DNA of 64,000 nt from Tubiluchus corallicola (lineage: Eukaryota > Animalia > Priapulida). The stretch is taken from assembly GCA_030141605.1 (NCBI GenBank), contig JAQGDQ010000036.1:372001-436000 (forward strand), read 5' to 3'. The notes beneath the pieces were generated by a model, which was given only the letters and a program-made list of their open reading frames with translations, searched no databases and was not told the origin of the DNA. Shown here piece by piece: positions 36,085 through 50,250 of the stretch (position 1 is the stretch's first letter; every line of letters starts with the position of its first letter). A program made the position numbers and the translations under genes.

Positions 36085-36240
36085 CTCGTTCTTCAGAAAA
36101 ACTTTTTTTCCCAGAAAAGTTTTTTGCTAGAAATTTTTTTTGCCCAACAAAAATTTCACAGAAAAATTTTTTTGTTAGAAAAATTTACTTCCTAGAAAAT
36201 ATTTTCGCAGAATTGCTATTTCCCAGAAATTTTTTTCGTC
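36085..36240 (+). repeat. ~15-bp periodic array (tttcc[c/t]agaaaa), MULE/foldback TIR-like; similar arrays at ~39227-39300 (+) and ~40200-40337 (-)
   Basis: Repeated cccagaaaa/gctagaaa/cacagaaaa units separated by T runs. The 40.2-kb array is in the opposite orientation. Confidence 0.5.
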
Positions 36241-36289
36241 ATTTCATAGAACATAAAATTTATAGAAAATGTAAAACTGACTGGCTACC

Positions 36290-36755
36290 AAAGTTAAGCA
36301 ATGCAAAGCCTGGCAACTGATTTTTTGGGAGACCCCTTAGGAATATGACTCTTGTGCAGACACTTTCACTGTGACTCCGAATTATTGCGTTCGTTTCTTG
36401 GTATAAAGAGAAGATATTACACGCATCTCTGACTGTGATTCTGCCAGTTTTACTCTTTCATCCCAGAGGACTATCTTGAGAATGAACTAGGGTCTGGTTG
36501 TGTCATAAAAGGACCTATAAAAATCTGTGAAGAGCATAATTTATTGGGCAAATATTAACTGCAAGATATTCACAAATCTGTATAATTCACAAAATCTTGG
36601 TGTTTTCATTTATTTATTAAACTTTATTTCAAATCCTATGAAAATCAGTTTTAATTTGACGTGATTATATTCAGCAAATGAAACCAATTTCATACTAAAA
36701 ACTTGAAATTGCAGCAAAGAAGTTTCAAAACAAATATTTTTCCAAAACAAGGTTT
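36290..36755 (+). repeat. Dispersed repeat family, copy 2
   Basis: Colinear diverged similarity to ~34947-35430. Confidence 0.7.
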
Positions 36756-36939
36756 ACCCCTTAAACAGTGCGTTATATTTAACAGGTTTGCTGCTGGAAA
36801 AGTTTGGTACTAAGAACATGTGATACAGAGAAAGTTTGACACAAGGAAAGTCTGCTTCTACGAAAATGTCTTTTATATAACTCGAAAAAGTATAGATATC
36901 CACATTGTTTTTATTCGATTTTTTAGTTCGTTTGTCTGT

Positions 36940-37325
36940 TATTTCATTCAATGTAATTGTCGTTCTTGCTTTGTTTCTTGCTCTCTCCATTGTTGTGATC
37001 ATCATCATCATCGTTACTTTTGCCATTCTGTTGCTGTTGTTGCTATAGCCATTACCACGATTGTTTTTTGCTGTAGTTACTGTTGTCGCTGTTATTACTG
37101 ATGTGATCGTCATTGTTGCTGCTGCTGTTGTTCTTGTATGTTTGTTTCTTTTGCTTAATGTTTTTGTTGTCATCATCATCATCATTGTTGTTGCCATTGT
37201 TACATTTGTTGTTTTACTGCTGTTGCTGTTGAAGTTACCATTGTTTTGTTGTTGCCTCATTGCTGCTACTTACGTTGTCATTATTATTGTTATTGTTCCT
37301 ATTGCAGTTTGTTTGTTTCTTGCGA
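36940..37325. repeat. Degenerate trinucleotide (TTG/CTG/ATC) low-complexity tract
   Basis: Runs of gtt/gct/cat. These explain the overlapping low-complexity ORFs. Confidence 0.85.
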
Positions 37326-37599
37326 ATTGATTTTATTTTAACATTTCCCTTTATAAATGAAAGATGCGAAACGCATTGCTTGGAGTGCCAGTACTTTAAG
37401 GTGGTCTCGAATTTAATTTTTTTTCACAATTTATAATCCGAGACGATATGGGGGTAGCTAATTGTTTATTTGCGGTTTTTCACGTCAATATTGTTATTGT
37501 CAATTTCTTCTAACAGTTTGCACAGCAAAAGTCCAGTATGTATTTTGGCTCTAACAAAATAAATTTAAGTAACAAAACGCATTGTAAAAAATCATTCCA

Positions 37600-38395
37600 T
37601 ATTTGTGTCCAAAAGTATTTGTGACGCGCTGTGCATTTATGTCAATATGTCGCGCGTCTATTTCTTTGTTCAAATGACCAATGTTTCCGTGTCAAAACAT
37701 CCTACGTCCAAAAATCTTGCGTCTAAACATCATTGTCTAAAATATTCATGTGTCTGCAGTTACTGTGTATCTGTTGCTCCGAGTGCACTGTTAGGGCTAA
37801 ATACATTGGATATGTTGTCGTCAAATGTCGCTGACACACTCATATTGTGTTTCTCCCAATTATCGTTTCTCCCATCACTTTTTGAAGTGGGATTGTCAAC
37901 TCGAACGTCAAACTTCGATCTAGCCAGCAGGATTGAGCAGGTAGTTAGACATAACCACGCATACAGATTGATTGGACACTACTAGGTAGGCGCTAGACTG
38001 GTAGGAGGGTAAATAGGTAGAGTAATACATAGTCAGTTGGCAGGCAGGCAGGCAATTAAATTTCGACAGTCTTAGGAACATGTAGAAAAACACACAGAGA
38101 CGTGTAACTAAGCAAAAAATAGACAAGTACAGGTTTGTTGGTAGGTGGACAAGTAGGTGGGCCGGTAGGTAGACACTGAAAGAGGTAGATAGATAGATAA
38201 ACAGGTAAACATACAGATCAAAGATAAAGGGCATGAAGAACAATTACGGATGGATCAATGAATGAACATAATGCCCAAACGTTCTGTGCTCCAAAGTCGA
38301 CAATCAAATGTGCAATGCTCAAGTGTCCACTGCCCAAAACATCCGCTGTTCAACTGCCAATTGTTCAAGCTATCCACTGCGCAAATGTCTGTTAC
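37600..38395 (+). repeat. Decayed ~15-bp periodic arrays (gtccaaaa/tgcccaaa units) around a degenerate tetranucleotide tract
   Basis: Units such as tgcccaaacgttctg and tgcccaaaacatccg ending in ctgttacc. GTAG/ACAG/GCAG tract at ~37940-38260. Confidence 0.45.
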
Positions 38396-39609
38396 CTAAA
38401 ATGTTTACCTAAAGCTTTACAGGTGGCTACTACACTACTGACCCTTTCAAAACTTGGTTTCTAAACTTTCCGCCTTCATAATTCGCAAATCGTGTCGTGA
38501 GTCACGACATAAATAAAAATTTCATCCATGATAGAGCTCAGACTGTTTTAAACTGGAGAAAGAAAAATTTCCATGCGATAAAATGAATAATGGATAAGGT
38601 ATATACATCAAAAGTTAAAATCTGATGCAAAGCAAGAGTCCCATGAAGTCACAAACGTAATCATGCACCTAGTTGCTGTTTTTCTAATTTTTGTTCCTAG
38701 AATGATTTCATGATTTAAAGCACGCCTACGACTAAAATCGTTTAACTGCAAATAAAAAACTGCCAGTAAAAAGTTACAAAATTTCAGACAACTTTAAAGC
38801 TTGAATAAATTGAGACTATGACATATACGCATGTATAACGCAAGATTTATCGGTGAAGAATTACAGTGCTGCTTCTCGTTCTGAAATCTAATAAAGCGCT
38901 ATAAAAAACAAAAGTTGAAAGAAAATATCGACAGTGTCATTTCTTTTACATGTACCATACAAAAAATAGTGTCTGAAAATAAAACTTTAGTTTCCCAAGT
39001 ATTTAGAACGCTAAGTGAAAACGTGTGGCAATTCGGGAAAAGTCATGCAGCATAGTAGGCCAATGTGTAGCACATAGAAAAGTTTTGCTGATAAAAACGA
39101 ATATTGCGGAAAAATTTAATTTTATCGGCGCATGGTCACCTGGGTTGGGAAATAAAAATAAACATTTCGATCGCTTTCATGCTTTTCCATCTAGGCTAGA
39201 GTCTACAATTGTGTGACCAATTTGAACTTTCCTAGAATTTTTTTTGCCAGAAAAAACACTTCTCAGAAAAAAAATAGTCCCGGATTTTTTCAGGAATTGC
39301 CATTTACTAGATATCACGCGATCGAAAGTACGACGAAAATATTATAGTTTATTCTAAAATTTGGCCATCTCGTTCAGCAGTTCGGTTAAGCAAGAAAGTA
39401 GATCTCTAACATCAGAACAATTAGACACAAGATAGCGAACCAGATTGATCTTTGACATAACTACACCCATCATACTGAGTACTTGGTTTTAGTGTAAAAT
39501 AGCCGCAGCCAGAGCCTCATTACTCATTTTATTATTGCTATCGCTGTTGTTGTTGTTACTGTTGTTGTTACTGCTGCTGCTTTTGTTGTTGAGGCAGACT
39601 AACGATAAA

Positions 39610-40065
39610 GTAACTTTTGAGCTGCTGTAATTCAGCTTGGGAGTGTCCCACAGAAGAAAAGGAGCAGCGATAAAACTAAGCTTGCGTAACTGCTTCGGAT
39701 TCCATTGATGAAAATTGATCTCGTACTTGTTCACTTCGGGGTGAGCAGGATACTTAAGTAATCTGGGTGTGCGGGATACTTAAGTAATCTGGGTGTACGC
39801 TTGACTCCCATGACACCCAGTTATTTCACTCGTTTATGGAGGATAAACATGCATCCCAATGTGGCAGTGACACTTCTACCTGCTCAGTATTTCATCTTAG
39901 ACGATTATCCTTGGTCCTGAGCTAGGATCCGATCCTGCCACAAATATCATTAATTAGTACGCCAGCCATTGAGTGCTGAAGGGGCATAAACAGGGGGAAA
40001 GAGAAAAGGGCAGGAAAGGGCGAGACAGATAGACAAAGAGCGAGCGAGAGTGACAGTGAACGAGC

Positions 40066-40101
<36 letters not shown>

Positions 40102-40518
40102 TGGAGAGAGACAGCAAGAGACAAAGAGAGGAAAGGGAAGAGAGAGGGAGAGTTATCAAAGGTTTACCTTATAAAAAAGAGCACGTCTTGCAATTACCGT
40201 TATTTGTCAGAAAACCTTTCTAGGAAATACTTTTTCTGTGAAACAAGCTTTTCTAAGAAAGATACTTTCTGGGATTTTTGGGGAAATTTTTTCTGCGAAG
40301 TTATTTCTTTCTGAAAAGAAATTCTGTGGAACAGATCAAAATCGTTGATATTCTTAGTTTACCTCTTTCAGGCCTTCTTGGTAGAGCGATTGGGATCTCA
40401 TGGGTGAATACTGCCAATATGGCCTGTATCGGTCAGTGCAGGATGTAAAATTTCGTGAATACAAGCCTCTCTTTTGAAGACGCCATGCTTCCTTCGGTGC
40501 ATTCATAAGGTAATACAT
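39610..40518 (-). pseudogene. Two-exon disrupted coding relic of unknown family
   Basis: Exon 40518-40363 has 52 open codons and a gtaaac donor. It joins in frame to an exon starting at 39934 (ggcag acceptor) that carries 3 stops and a frameshifting 26-bp tandem duplication (39745-39796). Confidence 0.5.
40070..40098. repeat. (GA)n microsatellite within a purine-rich tract
   Basis: Directly visible. Confidence 0.9.
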
Positions 40519-43001
40519 GAATTAATTTTTTCACAACCTTGGAGAAGTTCGTCCATACAAAAAGAATTTAGCATAGCAACACGTCTTGACACGGCGACAG
40601 AGTTGCCATTTGTTTAAAAGGGGCTAGCACATTTTTTTATTTATCAGTGTAGAATGAATTGCCCCATGTTCTTCCTAAATCAGTTCGGTGGCGCATGTCT
40701 AAAGCCTCAACGGAAATTGAAAAACCGGTGTACCAGTTTTAAATTGACCCCAAAATTAACCAGCACACCCATGGTAATTTGAAACTAGGTTTACATTACC
40801 TCCACTAGGTTCAAATTACCTCCCAATCTTCACGGTCAGCTATGATCGTGTACTACATACAAAAAAGTGTACGCCAGCAAATGCTAAAGTGCACAGACGT
40901 AAGAAGTGGCAGATTGCCAACCCAGCTTAGTAATATTAGAAAGAAGGGTTACGTGTCCTGTGTTGTCTCAGTAAGAGTACACAGACTTTGTAATGAAAAT
41001 TCTACTCTCCTTGCGAGCCACACGTATGCTAACATTTCCATATTCTCAAAATTAATGACATTAACAAGTCTAAAAGTACATGTTTTACACAAGGTATTAA
41101 ATAATTTTTTGCCAAATATTTTAACGATTTTTTATTTGTAAAAAAGTTATTCATAGGCATAAAATTAGGCAGACAAATGATTGATTACTGCACCTTTTTC
41201 CTAAATGGAAAACGAATGTATTGAACATTTTAATTAGATATACTGGTACCATCGAATAAAACAAAGAATGTGGCATTAAATAATAAATAACGTTAAATAT
41301 GATAAGTAATAAAATAATAATACCGCAAACCCCGAAGATCTACAACATTTTAAAGCTAAAAACAAACATTATCCAGTATTCATTAAAGGTGTCTTCCATT
41401 TAGTGTATAAATAAATATTTGTATGTGACGTGTTTTCAGCTACTAATTAGATTCCTCCATTTTTTTTCGTTTGTTTGCATGAACGTCAGAATTTATACTT
41501 TGTGTTAATTAACTTTTCCGCAAAATTATTTTTAAATCTTTACATCTGTAACGCAGCTAACGCTCGAGAAATCGCAGTTTTTAATTGCAACGAATTTACC
41601 TTTCAGGAAACGATTATTATCTGTAACTAAGAAATCATTGAACGGTGTTAGACTTTGTTTTTGGAGGGAATAATTTGGGGGTGGGGGAATGGGATATTTC
41701 TAATCTAGTTTTAAGATAGCCCAGGAGGCATTACGAATCTAGTTTAGATATACAGTACATACCCTCATAAGTTATAACTGATTTACGGGGTGGGGTATAA
41801 TGAATGGGGATACATTTAAATTGGAACGCCTGGTCTAATTGTCCAACATTCAGTTGGAAAAACAACTACTTAAATCGACAAATTTTATGAAAACAATTTT
41901 GCGTGTTTTTCACAAAACAACGGGCCTTCACAAATAAAAAATTAATATAAAATGAAGTATTTTAGAAGTACTTGCACTTGAACATCTGCTTAGTCGATTA
42001 GATCGTGTTTTCACTAATCTGAAGCTGTGACAGCTCACAATAGCATTTCAGAACTTTCACAACACATTTGCGTAATACGATTACAAACAACGCACGCACG
42101 ATCATAACTAGCCAAACAACATAAAAAAAATCGCGCACTAGCCCACGTCACGTCATATCACACCACAACACAATCATACACATTGTCAATAATATTATAT
42201 TTTTGATTGCATAAATGGACTAATTATCCTACACTCAATCTATATAAAGACGCATAGGTTTTCCTTCTAATTAGCAGTTTAATTAGCATAATGAGGTGAA
42301 ACGAATGCAAAATCACATGTCAACCAAAAATTAAGCATTTCAAAGTGTAATCTCCTACTAGTGAAGTGAATAAGAAGCAATTTATTATGTAACAAGGTTT
42401 GACCAAGCTTCTTAGCAGCAGCTCAAAGGTCAGAGTCAACACCGCCCAAGGTTTAATTAGCATGGTTTAATACATACTATGATAGAATGTTGGACTAGAA
42501 TCATGCTTGTTTAATGCGAACTTCTATATCTAATATTTTATGAACACCTTGATATAATGCTTAGTTTCCAGTTTATCACAGTATTCAAAACTCAGTCCGT
42601 CGAACTATGTACACTTTAAAGATAAACGTTTTTTGTCAGTTTTTTATTATCAACTGATAGTTCTTTACTATTAACAAATTAAGTCATTTGCTATCCGTAA
42701 CGCCCCTAACAACTTGAATATTAGCAAAAGCGGCATCAAGAACGGAACAACAGAATAGGCTATAGGCGTATAATAAATAGACAGGAAACAAAGACTGTGG
42801 GGCAGAAAGGCGGAAGGCAGGCAGGTAAATTTTAACGAGACGGAAGTTGAATTCACTCCATTTACCAACGTAGCGTGAAAGCAATCAGGTGTATTCCATA
42901 AAATGACCTTTGCATCAGGACCAGCGTATCGCGACAGAGTTATCATCGCGAATATATGTATTTAAAGATGTCTTTTTTCTTGGCGGTGGTAATCGTTAAG
43001 T

Positions 43002-43309
43002 CATAGGCGTAGAAACCGGGCTGGAGGATAGCTGGAGCCTCCGGGATTCAGACAAACACATTTTTTCGGGCAATCATAAAATTTTTCGGGCACAGGCAAA
43101 ATGGACGAAAAAAACAAAATTATTTTTTTCATAAAGAGAAATCTCGAAATTTCTCCATGCCGCCAAATGAAATGCCCGAAATCTGGGCATTTTTTATCAT
43201 GGAGTAGGATGAGACAATTCCCGACTCAACGTTGACCTGCGCTTTTTCCGAGTATTTTTCGGACATAAATGGTTTAGCCCCTCTGGAAAAATCAGCCCGT
43301 AGGCCTTTG
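43002..43309 (+). mobile_element. hAT-type MITE, copy 1
   Basis: TIR CATAGGCGTA ... TAGGCCTTTG with internal ttttcgggca repeats. Confidence 0.7.
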
Positions 43310-43407
43310 CATTAAACAAAGCTTTTTGAATCTGTGTGTTGTCGCGTGCCTTTGCATAATAATTACTATTTTGTGCCCGTTAATTGACTCCAGAAAAAAC
43401 ATTCAGT

Positions 43408-43653
43408 CAAAACACGAGCAAAAGGGTGGAGGGCTACAGTCCCCTAAATTCAGGCAAACACATTTTTCAGGCAATCACCAAATTTTTCGGGCACTCATGA
43501 AAGAAATTTTTTGATAAAAGGAAATCTCGAGATTTAACCTTGCCGACAAGTGAAACCCCCGAAATTCCCCACTCGAGCTTGACCCTGAATTGTTCGGGCA
43601 AAAGTGGTTCAACCATCCCCCACCCCCTCGAAAAATCGGCCCGTATGCCTATG
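43408..43653 (+). mobile_element. hAT-type MITE, copy 2 of the same family
   Basis: Perfect 8-bp TSD cattcagt (43400-43407 and 43654-43661). 3' end CGTATGCCTATG. Internally colinear with copy 1. Confidence 0.8.
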
Positions 43654-44809
43654 CATTCAGTCACTGTGCAAATATAACCGGAAACATGTCGATTTGTAAA
43701 ACGTTGAGTTATACTGGTTGTGTTGTGCTGCATAAGACATGGTCAGATGTGGACAAAACTGTTTGTTTTATGATAGACTTATACAACTATACAACATGTA
43801 GACAGCAGCAGAGAACCTATAGGGTCCCTATTTTTCGAGTAGGTCGTACCGCCTTTGCCATTTGGTACAAAACCATTTTTACTTTAGAGACTGCATAGTG
43901 CACATATCTCTGGTCTACAAAACTCCAAGACAACACTAGTAAATGTTAAGGAGCAGCCGAGGTATTCAAACTTTATTTGCGATGGTACAAATTACAAAAA
44001 AAAACACTATTACAGATTTAAAAGAGGTCTAACTCAAAAGGGTTAGCTGGCTTTAAGTGCCTACAGGCTTTTCTGTGCTATGTCTAATCATTGTGAAATT
44101 ATGCCGCACTTAATAACTGTAAAGATATTAATTGTCATTAACTGTTCAGTCAGTTGATGCTCACGAAGTAACTTCCTGAGTTGTACTTTGTTGCAGGGGC
44201 TGACGCATGCTACTTGTGCTTACTACCATTCTTTGTTGAAAATTTATCGCCTTTATCTAAACATTCTGATAGCCATAACATCAAAATAAAAATATCAGTT
44301 TTTTGTTTAAAAATATCAGTTTTTTGTTTTGCAGGAGCAAATCTCATTTCGCTACTGTATTTCTAAAACATTTTTGCAGAAACAGGCCCTAAATAAAATT
44401 GAAATTGATATTCATGCAGACTTTTTTCATCTGAGATACAAAATCATTATTTTCTTTCAGAGAAAACTTATGCCCGCAACAGTTTAAACGGAAATTTACC
44501 ATCATGCAGATTTTTTTCATATGATGAATATGCTACTGCCTCATTTGGAGGAAGACAAAACGACGTATGATGGGCAAATGGGCAGCAAAATCCCACATAC
44601 TCTTGCATTCCGTTCATTTACCTTTATAGAGCATAGCTCCGAAATCAATGTACTGTAGAGATGTATGCTTTACACGTTTTTTTTGGGAGAATTATTTTTA
44701 CATAAGCGACTTTGTTAAATGTTCAACAGCAAAACACAACTAACTAAGCCAAGGAAACCTACATAAATTACCATAATAACATGGAGTAAAACGTATGTGA
44801 GACAAGATT

Positions 44810-45200
44810 TTGCAGACGCGGCGCTGAGGGCATTTTTAATGTTAAGCTCAATTTATAGCTGCCCAAATGGTACCTATGGCACGCTTACTTTAATGCACAG
44901 ACGAAAAAATACTGGTTAGGACGACCAGGGTGCAAGTTTTAGCATGACGTCACAAGCTCAACCTGCCTCGCTTCAGTTTGTTCCACAATCCACACGCGTG
45001 CATGGATATCCGCTGCTTTGTTATTGCAGCGAGGTTAAATAGTCCGTTTCCTGATCAGTCCTGCTTTTTTACTCACTGCCAGGTTGCACTGTGCTGCTCA
45101 AATAATACTTCCGAGAAAGCGTTGATCATTTTTGCGTTTTCCAAAGGAAAAATTATGAAAGAACACTGGATTCTTTAGATGCGACCGATGAGAAAAGAAC
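44810..45200 (+). repeat. Dispersed repeat related to ~49760-50250
   Basis: Shared tgagggcatttttaa..gctcaa, tacttyaatgcac, ctcactgccaggttg, tgatcatttt and gaacastggatt blocks. Confidence 0.65.
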
Positions 45201-46639
45201 TGTGACAGCAATGAAAGAGTGTTCCATACACCTCCCGACGACAGTTTTGAGTCATAGCAGATGTGTATACTATTTGACTTAATGTGAGGTTCAAAAGGAA
45301 ACCGAAAACCTACTGCTGTTGTTTTCAATTATGTAGTTGAATAGTAGACAGCTAGACATGGATAACTACTGTTATTACAATCGTTTCATTCATTTGCATG
45401 AAAACGATGAGCTGCACAAGTCTCAATTAAAGCGCCCTTAAGAAATTGTACTCACAAATAAGTTGGCATGGCTTTAATTGAAATGTTTCTAAGAATTACA
45501 ATAGCAATATAATAAATCAATTATTATCATTGTAAAATACTCGAAAATTTAGTCAGTAATTCCTAACTTGAATTAAATGTAGTTTTCATGAAATTTAGCC
45601 AGAAGAGGTTAATTATTACAACGTTAAACAGAACGGCAATCATGGCCACTGAAGCTCTGCGACTACCCAATAAAGGTGGGCAAGACTTTCCACACACATC
45701 CGGAAGTTGCGCGCGGCCGTTTTTCGGGACGTGAGTTATAGCTGCGCATTGCCGGGCATGTTGTACTGTTGCACAGTCGGTAGTAGGGGCTAAGCGAGAA
45801 ACCCAAAATTTTTCCACAAAGTAATCGTGCTTTAAGTATTTAAACTTTACTAGGGTTGGTACAGCAATCACAACGGCAGGCAAATTATTACAATCGTTTG
45901 CTATTTTTACAGTAAATGAAAATTTATGAATATTCTAACTAAAAAGCTGATAACTATGTTCTCCAGTTTTTGAGTCAATAGCTACATACAAGGAATTTTC
46001 GGACAAAATGTTTTCTTTCTGGTCAGTATTTTATAATAAGACCTCTGTAGTATTTTTTTAATTTCAATGAGGTTAAAATCCATGCTGTATTAGTATCCTG
46101 AAATAATTAGTTTTACGCTAATTATCTGGTTATAATCATGGTTAAAACATGTAAATGAGGATTATGTAACTCGCACAGTCGATATAGGATCTCCCATGAA
46201 ATGGAACGAAATTTATTCCGTTGCCAGCCCTAAGAAACAATTAAAAAGATACAAAAGTTGCGAACGGCTACATGTTCAGCTAATGTAAATAGGTATGTCG
46301 CAGTTATGGTGTTTAAATGTTGAAAGGCAATACTTTGGTCTCGATTTGTAGTCCATTTGTGTTAAAACTTTGAAAGTTTGCCCAACGTTCTGCTTAATTA
46401 TAAAGCCGTTTTGGGCTACATGAAGTTGTAATTTCGTCTAAAAATAACTGCTGCTATAAAAAAAAATTGTGTAAATAAAAAATCACAGTTCGGTTAACTG
46501 CTGATTAGTTGTCATAATTATTTACTAAGAGTTGATGAATGTTGTCCCGATTTTCCCTGAGCGTGCTCACGTCACAACGGAGGCAGAGCAATAGACCACA
46601 TTTGTTTGTCGAAGGCGTTCGTGTTTTAAACGTGACAAA

Positions 46640-46900
46640 CTTTTCGTGCTACACAGACCGGTTAACAGCACTGAATATACAATCTCTAGAAATAAGAAGA
46701 TGGGGTTTTGACTTGAAAGTGGTGTCCTTAAAGAACACAGTTATAAATTACATAAAAATTCTTGCAGGTTGAATGTATTTAAATTTTCCTCTGTGAAGAG
46801 AGTTATTGAAATTTGGAACTTCTTGCCACAAGAAATGGTAGTTGCTAACCCTTTGAAAACGTTTGATTCAAAATTTAAAAAAATGAACTCTTGCAAATTT
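46640..46900 (+). mobile_element. 3' fragment of a CR1/L2-like LINE ORF2
   Basis: YTDRLTALNIQSLEIRR...KIL and RVIEIWNFLPQEMVVANPLKTF motifs are typical of the CR1/L2 RT C-terminus. Confidence 0.7.
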
Positions 46901-49759
46901 AGTCACGAGTAATAACTTTGAGGCGCCTGTAAGAGCTTCTAGCCTTAGTGGCCGTCTCCATTCAACAAACTGTCTATATATATATACATATATTATACGC
47001 ACAAATTAAAATTTTTTACACTTATGCATTATTTCTATAACTGTATGTTTTATGTTGAAGGAATAACTACAATACAATGCAATTACTCTTCATGTATTAA
47101 CTCAGAAAGTTGCGGCTACCAGCGGCTTGTAGATCACAGGATGTAGTTCCCGAGAGTAACTCCAGTTACTCCACATACGGTCGTTCGTACAGCCTAAACC
47201 CACCTGGAACACCTTACAGATTCCATAGCTGCTGTACAGTTGATTGCTGTACAGTACAATAACTTAATTGCCTCCTTACTTGACACCTTCCCAAATTATT
47301 TTTGGCTGTCTGTGATGTATAATCTAGTGTAATTGGTGTAATTTCAGGGAGAAAATTTTACCTGTGATGTCACGCCAAAACTAATACAACATTTTTGCCT
47401 GTATAAAAATTCTCAATACATTGTTTGGTGTAATAAACCTGTGTGGAAAACTAGTCTGACACAGACTAATTTTAGAGTGCATTTTTTGTCTTTTTCCAGT
47501 ATTTAATTAGCCTTGTGTTTCGAGAATAGTTTGTGTTGCGCTGCGCAGCGCAGATCTTGAACACATACAAGGAAGGATTCTGGCTGACGACTCGGTATGT
47601 GCAGTTGTGTAGACATTAGTTCAAAATAAAGTGTGCTTTAGAATACTGAAAACTACAACAGCTTTTTTGGATCAAGGCTTAGATTAAATAATAATTACCT
47701 CGGATAATTAAATTTTGTTAAACATTCAAAGTTACGCGCGGCTCAGCAAACCAACTAAGATTGGCAATGCCGCCTTTTTGTCACAGCAATCTTCGCTTAA
47801 GCAAAACGTGCTCGACACGTAGGGAAGATCGCCTACCATTGCACAAACTGTGGTTAATTTGCGACGTAAGCGGCAGCTGTGTTCGGTTGCCGTTAATTAA
47901 CTTTCCAAGGTAATTTTTCAAATATTAGAAACTGTTAACTTTTATAGGCAAGAAAATGTATATTTTGGACAGTACATTAAAATGTCCAATCAACTGTCCA
48001 GTTTCGTTTTAATGCTCAGCAAAACAAACACGGCATGGCATAACTTTTGACAATAATACGCACTGGCCTGGCGCTTTATACGAAATGGAACTCAACTGTA
48101 CCATAACAAGAATCTTTGCAAAATATCAAGAGGTCAATGGCAAGCTGTTGCCGGTTGATGAAAAAACGTCTAGCTCCGAATCTGAGTCCGCTGACATTGT
48201 TTCTGTCATTTGGATTTCAATGAAAATAAATTTCATGTTGGAATGAAAAAATTTTCATGGAATTAGTCTGTGTGTAAAATTATTCTAATATAAACTAATT
48301 TTTGATGGTACATGTTGCAAAGTTGGTTTCAAAATTAGTATCACGAAGACTAATTACACTAAATAGTACAGCTTTTAAATATGGTATGGTGTAGTTCTCA
48401 GCAATGTCTAAACTACTTTTGACAGCCATCCACATTATGCCTTCAGTGTCTTTTAACAGATGTAATAAAATGGGGCGTATCACACTTATTTTGCATATGA
48501 ACATATGACATACAAAGATAATTACGTGAACCGCGCCAATTTACAAGATCCAGAAGGAATTTCACCCATTAATTGTTTTTCTTGTCATGCTAGTTTCGAT
48601 TATCCTAGTTTTCCTGACAATCCTAGAAATGTATCTATATAACTTAGGCCGCAATTACAGTATACTAATCTGGAACCTTTCACTACATGGAAAGGCAGGA
48701 AGACAAAATTTGTTTCCAAAAAACATCAACTTGAACACCGAAGGAGCGTGGGTGAACTTGAATGTGAAATAAGACGCGCTGTTGCGACTACACTTATTGT
48801 ACTAATGTTACGACCCAGACAAGCATGCACGGTTTCAAACAAGTCAGGTAAAAAGTAATTTAGATTAAAGCAGCTAGCTTACTAACGTGTAGTAAACTCA
48901 GAAAAAATAGACATTTACTACAGAAGAGCTGAAAAAAGACATTAAAATTACAACACTGACAAACGATAGCAGAATATTGCATAGGCAAGTTAAAAACTGT
49001 ATTATGACTGTATCAAGACCTTGGCATACATGCACAGTCCTGTATTTCCAGTAAGACAAAAATATATATAAAGGGTTTTATTTACGCAAGTCTACTGTTT
49101 AATTTTTACATCACTTTCACCTGCAAGTAACACCGCGCACAAATGTTCACACAATATTAGACCATTCCTAGTAGGGCATCAGCTTCGTTCTGTCAACCAA
49201 TAGGTTCTGCCGTCTGTATTAATTCTTATTTACGTCTGGATATGTATGTGCTGAATGCCATTATTTGTATATAATACGCGATTTTCTCGGTTACTGCGGA
49301 ACCGTTTGTGTCGAATTACATATCAAACCATCTCAGTTTATCGCAGCCCAACAGAAGACTCTTTTCGATTTCGATCTAGGCCTACGGGAGGAACGGGGCA
49401 CGAAAAATTGCAAAAACAGCCCTATTTGTCTGTTTTTTTTTTCGCAAACTGAGATCTCCAGAACTGGACCACGGAAGGTGGTCCAGCTCTTCAGATCTCA
49501 TTTTGCGAAAGAGCATCCAGCGTAGAGTGTAACAGACATAGTTTGATATCCCAGGAGGCCCAGGGAAGGGTTTTCCCGGACCCACCTGATTTTTGAAATT
49601 AATTTTTAACAAATACAATGCTGATAAAAACGCTCTAGCGGAGAGAGGGCTACGGCTCTTTAAAAAGAGGAAGAACTAGAGCCCTAGTTAGCAAGCAATA
49701 CTGATTATGCCGTATAAAACTTGGAAATTTAAACTCCTAACATGATAATCGTTAGCCTT

Positions 49760-50250
49760 CTACAGCAGCACTTGAGGGCATTTTTAAATTTTAATGTTTA
49801 GCTCAAATCTTAGGTTTGCCCCCACCTACTTCAATGCACTATATGCGATAGATGAAAAAGATAATAGTAGCGAGATATAGCCAATATGGCTTTCGAAAAT
49901 TTTAGGATGGTGTCACTGGTATGTTGTCCTGCACTGCATTATTATTATAGCCTGATTTTTTTCTATTCAGCGTTGTTTTTTATCATTCCTGCTTCTTAAA
50001 TGTCTCACTGCCAGGTTGTCTTGTGTCACTCAAATGAAGCCTCTGACAAAGAGTGATCATTTTACGTATCCGAAGAATAAAATGAGTGTAGAAAACATTA
50101 TTGTAGAATACAATCGGTAAACAGGTTCGAACAAACCTATATTAAAGCCTCTCCACAGAAGATAAACTTTAAATACAAAACTTATCTGCCGTATTGATAA
50201 AATTGTAAGAGAACAGTGGATTTTTAGGTGTGATCGACGAGAAATACGGA
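49760..50250 (+). repeat. Dispersed repeat related to ~44810-45200
   Basis: Same shared blocks as the partner copy. Confidence 0.65.

Noticed and set aside
36754-37330. Poly-T/M/N and hydrophobic V/I ORFs
   Set aside because: Products of degenerate trinucleotide repeats.
45560-48250. THAP-like or P2X7-C-terminal-like transposon accessory remnants
   Set aside because: Only vague Cys-containing fragments; no motif could be reconstructed with confidence.
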